DNA from: Pseudomonadota bacterium | Lineage (GTDB): Bacteria; Desulfobacterota; Desulfobacteria; Desulfobacterales; RPRI01 | Reading direction: 5' to 3' | DNA: 64,000 nt | Assembly: GCA_043825875.1 (NCBI GenBank) | Contig: JBDRRF010000083.1 | Span: 74,032-138,031, forward strand | Shown: positions 59,881-64,000 of the stretch, piece after piece | How the letters are laid out: each line of letters opens with the position of its first letter | Numbering within the stretch: the first letter of the stretch is position 1 | Made by a program: the position numbers and the translations under genes | Notes under the pieces: generated by a model | What the model was told of the DNA's origin: nothing | Seen by the model: the letters and a program-made list of their open reading frames with translations, nothing else | Database searches by the model: none

Positions 59881-60196
59881 ACAAGCACATACTTCCATTG
59901 GTACACTAAAGTTACTTCAGAAATATATTGGATGTTTGAGATATAGTAGTGATAAACTCTGATTTTAAGCTTTGATGGTAAAAGCAACTAAATTATAACT
60001 TATAAAATCGTAATAGGTCATCTCTTGGCCTTGATAAAAACAATAAATGATATAACTTTAACATATATTCAGGATAAAATTATTTTTAAGACCAAACAAA
60101 AAACAAATTAAAATATTTTTCATTATAATAAAACAACGATATGTTAACAAGAACTAAAAAGATATCTTATAACCTTTAATATAAAATGGGGGCAAT

Positions 60197-62605
60197 ATGC
60201 AAACAAGTGCTTTAAAAAAAGAAGATATACAAAGCTATCAATTAGCTGGAGAAGCTGTTTTAACCGAGCGTGTTAAAGGGCTAAAGGATAGCTTTGTTGA
60301 CACGGAAATCAAGAGCTCTACAGAAAGAACAAGAGCTTTGCATGAGGTGTATAAGGAAGCAGGCGGGGAACCAATTGTTATTACCAGGGCAAAGGTGCTG
60401 GACAGATATCTTCGAAATATGACACTTTATATTGATGAAAATCCGATTGTCGGCAGTTTAGCCAAAGATCGAAGGGGTGTTAACCCGTATCCGGATTATA
60501 ACGAAGCCGCAAACAAACTTTTCAGCAGCTTTGGAGATATGGCTGTAGATCAGAAAGAAAAGCAATATTTAGTAGAGGTAGACGATTATTTCAGGGGTAA
60601 GAAACATGTAGATATAGTAAACAACATCTTTAATAATTTAACCGGCCTTACCCGCCAGGATTTTTTGGATCATGGCGTATTTATCGATATCGTTGGCGTT
60701 CCTTTGGGACTTATAAACCTGGATTACGGAAAGGTTATGAATATAGGTTTGTCCGGAGTTATAAAAGAGGCGGAAGAAGGTTTGGCCCGATTAGATCTAA
60801 CATATTATGAAGATTTCAAGAAAAAAGCTTTTTATGATGCGGTTCTTATAACTTTAAAAGCTGTGATTGCCTGGGCAAACCGGTATGCTGATTTAGCGGA
60901 TAAAATGGCAAAAAACGAAAAGGATGCAAAAAAGAAAGCTACTCTTGAAAAAATTGCCGAAACCTGCCGCAGAGTTCCTGAGAATCCGGCCAGAACCTAT
61001 TATGAAGCGATTCAATCTTTCTGGCTTGTTCATTCTGCCGCATGGATAGAGCAGGCACAGGGAGCGATTGCCCCGGGCCGTTTTACAAAATACACATATA
61101 AGTTTTATAAAGATGATATTAAAGCCGGCAGAATTACAGATGAAGAAGTAATCGAGCTTTTTGAATTGCTTTGCATTAAATTATCAGAAATCGGGATTCA
61201 GTATTCAACAGAGGTTTATGCCACAGGCGCCCAGCAACATACCGCTCAAACTTTTCTGATCGGCGGGCTTGATGAAAATGGAGAAGATGCCACTAATGAA
61301 CTTGATTTCTTGTGGCTTGAAGCGGAATCAAGAGTCAGGATGGTCCAGCCCAGCACCGTTTGTGCATGGCACAACAAGATGTCGGAAGAATTTCTTTTAA
61401 AATGTGCCGACACAGTTAAAATGGGGCTTGGCAAGCCTGCATTCATCAACTCTCATATTGCTGTAAAACGTAACCTTGATCGTTGGGACTGTACTCCGGA
61501 AGAAGCTAATGCATTTACGGTAATAGGTTGCAGCCAAAGCGCAGTTGCCCATAGTATGGATAATGTTTGGGGTGGCTTGTTAAATTATGCCAAGATCTTA
61601 CAGCTTACTTTAAATGACGGCAAAGACCCGAAGTCTGGAAAACAACTGGGTCTGCAAACCGGCACTGTTGATAAATTCAAGACATATGAAGATCTGGAAT
61701 CGGCTTTGAGCAAGCAGTTTCGCTATTTCACAAAAATGCTTCGAACCGCAAGCCGTATATCTGAAAATGTACATGGGCAGTATTTTCCGACACCTTATTC
61801 ATCTGCTCTGGTAGATGATTGTCTGAAAGTAGGCAAGCATGTTCTTGACGGCGGTGCAAGGTTCGGTGGTGATTCGGATTGTCTCGCCGGTGCAGTGGAT
61901 GTTGCCAATTCTTTAGCCGCAGTTAAAAAAGTAGTTTTTGATGATAAAAAAATTACTATGGCCCAACTTCATCAGGCATTGAATGATAACTTTGAAGGCC
62001 ATGAAGAAACACAGCGCCTTCTTTTAGCAGCACCCAAGTACGGTAATGAAGATGATTATGTAGATCAGATAGTAAGGGCCAGTTATGACGAATTTTATGA
62101 TGAACAAATGCAGCATAAAAGCTTTTTGGGCAAGGATGACGGAAGACCCTGGGGTGTGGTTGTAGCCGGGCATAGTTGGTTCGGTATGCACGTAGGAGCC
62201 CAGCCGAACGGGCGTGGAGCCGGAAATGCTTTAACCGATGGTTCCATTTCAGCAACTCCCGGAACCGATACAAAAGGGCCCACAGCTCTTATACATTCCG
62301 CTTGTAAAGCAATGGATAACGAAAAGTATAGCGGAAACATCTTCAATATGAAATTCCATCCAACGGCAGTGGCAAATGCAGATGAACAGAGAAAGCTATT
62401 ATCTTTAATAAAAACGTTTATGGATATGGGCGGATACCATATACAATTTAATATTGTGAGCTCCAAACTGCTGAAAGTAGCTCAAACTACTCCTAAAGAA
62501 TACAAAAACTTAGTGGTCAGAGTAGCAGGGTTCAGCGCCTTTTTCGTTCAGCTTGACAACAAACTTCAGAATGAAATTATCGCCAGAACCGAGCTTAGCA
62601 TGTAA
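60197..62605 (+). CDS. glycyl radical enzyme of unknown specificity
   Basis: EAIQSFW, PGRF, PKYGN, KFHP, HIQFNI, RVAGFSAFF (radical Gly); Cys loop VIGCSQS. Confidence 0.93.
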   Translation: MQTSALKKEDIQSYQLAGEAVLTERVKGLKDSFVDTEIKSSTERTRALHEVYKEAGGEPIVITRAKVLDRYLRNMTLYIDENPIVGSLAKDRRGVNPYPDYNEAANKLFSSFGDMAVDQKEKQYLVEVDDYFRGKKHVDIVNNIFNNLTGLTRQDFLDHGVFIDIVGVPLGLINLDYGKVMNIGLSGVIKEAEEGLARLDLTYYEDFKKKAFYDAVLITLKAVIAWANRYADLADKMAKNEKDAKKKATLEKIAETCRRVPENPARTYYEAIQSFWLVHSAAWIEQAQGAIAPGRFTKYTYKFYKDDIKAGRITDEEVIELFELLCIKLSEIGIQYSTEVYATGAQQHTAQTFLIGGLDENGEDATNELDFLWLEAESRVRMVQPSTVCAWHNKMSEEFLLKCADTVKMGLGKPAFINSHIAVKRNLDRWDCTPEEANAFTVIGCSQSAVAHSMDNVWGGLLNYAKILQLTLNDGKDPKSGKQLGLQTGTVDKFKTYEDLESALSKQFRYFTKMLRTASRISENVHGQYFPTPYSSALVDDCLKVGKHVLDGGARFGGDSDCLAGAVDVANSLAAVKKVVFDDKKITMAQLHQALNDNFEGHEETQRLLLAAPKYGNEDDYVDQIVRASYDEFYDEQMQHKSFLGKDDGRPWGVVVAGHSWFGMHVGAQPNGRGAGNALTDGSISATPGTDTKGPTALIHSACKAMDNEKYSGNIFNMKFHPTAVANADEQRKLLSLIKTFMDMGGYHIQFNIVSSKLLKVAQTTPKEYKNLVVRVAGFSAFFVQLDNKLQNEIIARTELSM

Positions 62606-62647
62606 TATAAACAGACTAGTAAAACTTAAAGTCAACTGTTCTATAGC

Positions 62648-62685
62648 ATACCGGCCCCGGGGATTATCAATCCAGGGGCCGGTAT
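62648..62685 (+). terminator. intercistronic stem-loop between GRE and activase
   Basis: ATACCGGCCCC.GG...CC.GGGGCCGGTAT; no clear U-tract. Confidence 0.5.
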
Positions 62686-62712
62686 CATATAAAGGATCTG
62701 AGAAGGTATAAT

Positions 62713-63621
62713 ATGGAACAAATAAATGGCTATGTTTTTGATATCCAGAGGTACTCAATTCATGACGGGCCTGGAATCAGAAGTACGGTATTTTTAAAAG
62801 GCTGCCCGTTAACCTGTGCCTGGTGTTCAAATCCTGAATCACAAAAACAGGTACCACAGTTACTCTACATGGAGAATCTTTGTTCACGGTGCCATAAATG
62901 TGTCAATATTTGCCCTAACAAAGCAATTAAGGTTTTACCGGAAGGAGATCTGGAGATTGACAGGGATCTTTGTGTGGGTTGTGGCTTTTGTGTGGAAATA
63001 TGCCCTGCCGAAGCAAGAAAGATTTCGGGCAAGCTCATGAGTGTAGAAGAAGTAATTGATGTAGTAAAAAGGGATGCCTTATTTTATAAAAATTCCGATG
63101 GTGGCGTAACTTTTTCCGGAGGGGAAGCAACAGCACAGCCTGATTTTCTTCTTGCCCTTTTGAAAGAATGCAAAAAGCTTGGCTTTCATACAACTCTTGA
63201 TACCTGCGGATTTGTGAAATGGGAGGTACTTGAACCTATTTTGGAATATTTAGATCTGGTACTTTTTGATGTCAAGCAAATCAATGCCAAAAAGCATCAG
63301 CAATATACAGGTGTAAGCAATAAACTTATCTCTGAAAACGCCAAACGTATCGTTTCCAAAAAAATTACTATCATATTAAGGGCGGTTCTTATACCGGGTT
63401 GCAATGACTCAGATGAAGATATAAGGGCATTGGCGGAGTTTGCCATTGAATTGGGTTGCCCGGAAATTAATCTGATGCTTTATCATAAGCTTGGTATCAA
63501 GAAGTATGAATCTTTAGGTATGCAATACAATCTTGGAGATTTAGAAACGTTTGCAGATGAAAAAATAGAGCACATAAAAGAGCAGATAAGCCTTTCTGGT
63601 CTAACTGTGAAAGTTCAGTAA
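62713..63621 (+). CDS. GRE-activating radical SAM enzyme with ferredoxin insert
   Basis: HDGPGIR, CPLTCAWCSNPE, two CxxCxxCxxxCP, GGVTFSGGE. Confidence 0.95.
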   Translation: MEQINGYVFDIQRYSIHDGPGIRSTVFLKGCPLTCAWCSNPESQKQVPQLLYMENLCSRCHKCVNICPNKAIKVLPEGDLEIDRDLCVGCGFCVEICPAEARKISGKLMSVEEVIDVVKRDALFYKNSDGGVTFSGGEATAQPDFLLALLKECKKLGFHTTLDTCGFVKWEVLEPILEYLDLVLFDVKQINAKKHQQYTGVSNKLISENAKRIVSKKITIILRAVLIPGCNDSDEDIRALAEFAIELGCPEINLMLYHKLGIKKYESLGMQYNLGDLETFADEKIEHIKEQISLSGLTVKVQ

Positions 63622-63651
63622 GACGAACACGATTCTTTGCCTGGATTTTAA

Positions 63652-64000
63652 CTATATATGACAGGAAACACAAAATTCATCCGGAGATTTAACAGTATGT
63701 ATCTTATGGCAAATAAAGCAATCAATCTCACCGTAGTGTGAATCATGAGGGTTTAGGCGCGTCTTGCCCTTTGTGAGCTCAATGATATCTGCATAACTCC
63801 CGTGGCAATTAAAACAAATTGCTGTTGAATACTTCTGTATTGGTGAAGGTGGGTTGTTTGAATCAATATTCTTATGTGCTTTTTGCAGGTCTTCTATATC
63901 GTGGCAATCCGTGCATGAATTTCCGGCCACAGAATGCTTAGATGCCAATAGGACAGGATTTGCCATTGACTTAACTTCTGTAGGGTGACAGCCAAGGCAA
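63652..64000 (-). CDS. multiheme cytochrome c (5' end outside window)
   Basis: CxxCH x5: CLGCH (in frame at window edge), CTDCH, CFNCH, CFICH, CVSCH; NPHDSH. Confidence 0.88.
   Translation of the reverse strand, partial: CLGCHPTEVKSMANPVLLASKHSVAGNSCTDCHDIEDLQKAHKNIDSNNPPSPIQKYSTAICFNCHGSYADIIELTKGKTRLNPHDSHYGEIDCFICHKIHTVKSPDEFCVSCHI

Noticed and set aside
60197..62605. Naming as pflB, cutC or bssA
   Set aside because: No Cys-Cys, no GCVE, no small subunits or microcompartment genes

Overview
AT-rich bacterial chromosome segment. Gene content (DUF1302/DUF1329 envelope proteins, multiheme cytochrome c, glycyl radical enzyme, long palindromic intergenic repeats) suggests an anaerobic Desulfobacterota-like organism; this taxonomy is inference. 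Housekeeping blocks are tRNA-Gly/tRNA-Cys, parA-parB-NYN-DUF47-PiT and birA-bioAFDB-kup with a BirA operator. They alternate with accessory regions: decayed mobile elements (RAYT, group II intron, IS200), a GC-rich two-partner secretion pair, an exported ankyrin + WD40-caspase cassette bracketed by inverted repeat arms, a REC/NrtA-like/CheW fusion and a PHP-ATPase + Schlafen-like candidate defence locus. The best candidate for an undescribed system is 51-64 kb. It holds an XRE regulator fused to an IS1 transposase N-terminus with a 17-bp-period palindrome array, a duplicated DUF1302/DUF1329 operon enclosing a duplicated candidate structured RNA, and a glycyl radical enzyme with an atypical GCSQ active-site loop plus its activase. 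All family calls come from motif recognition by eye; no searches were run.
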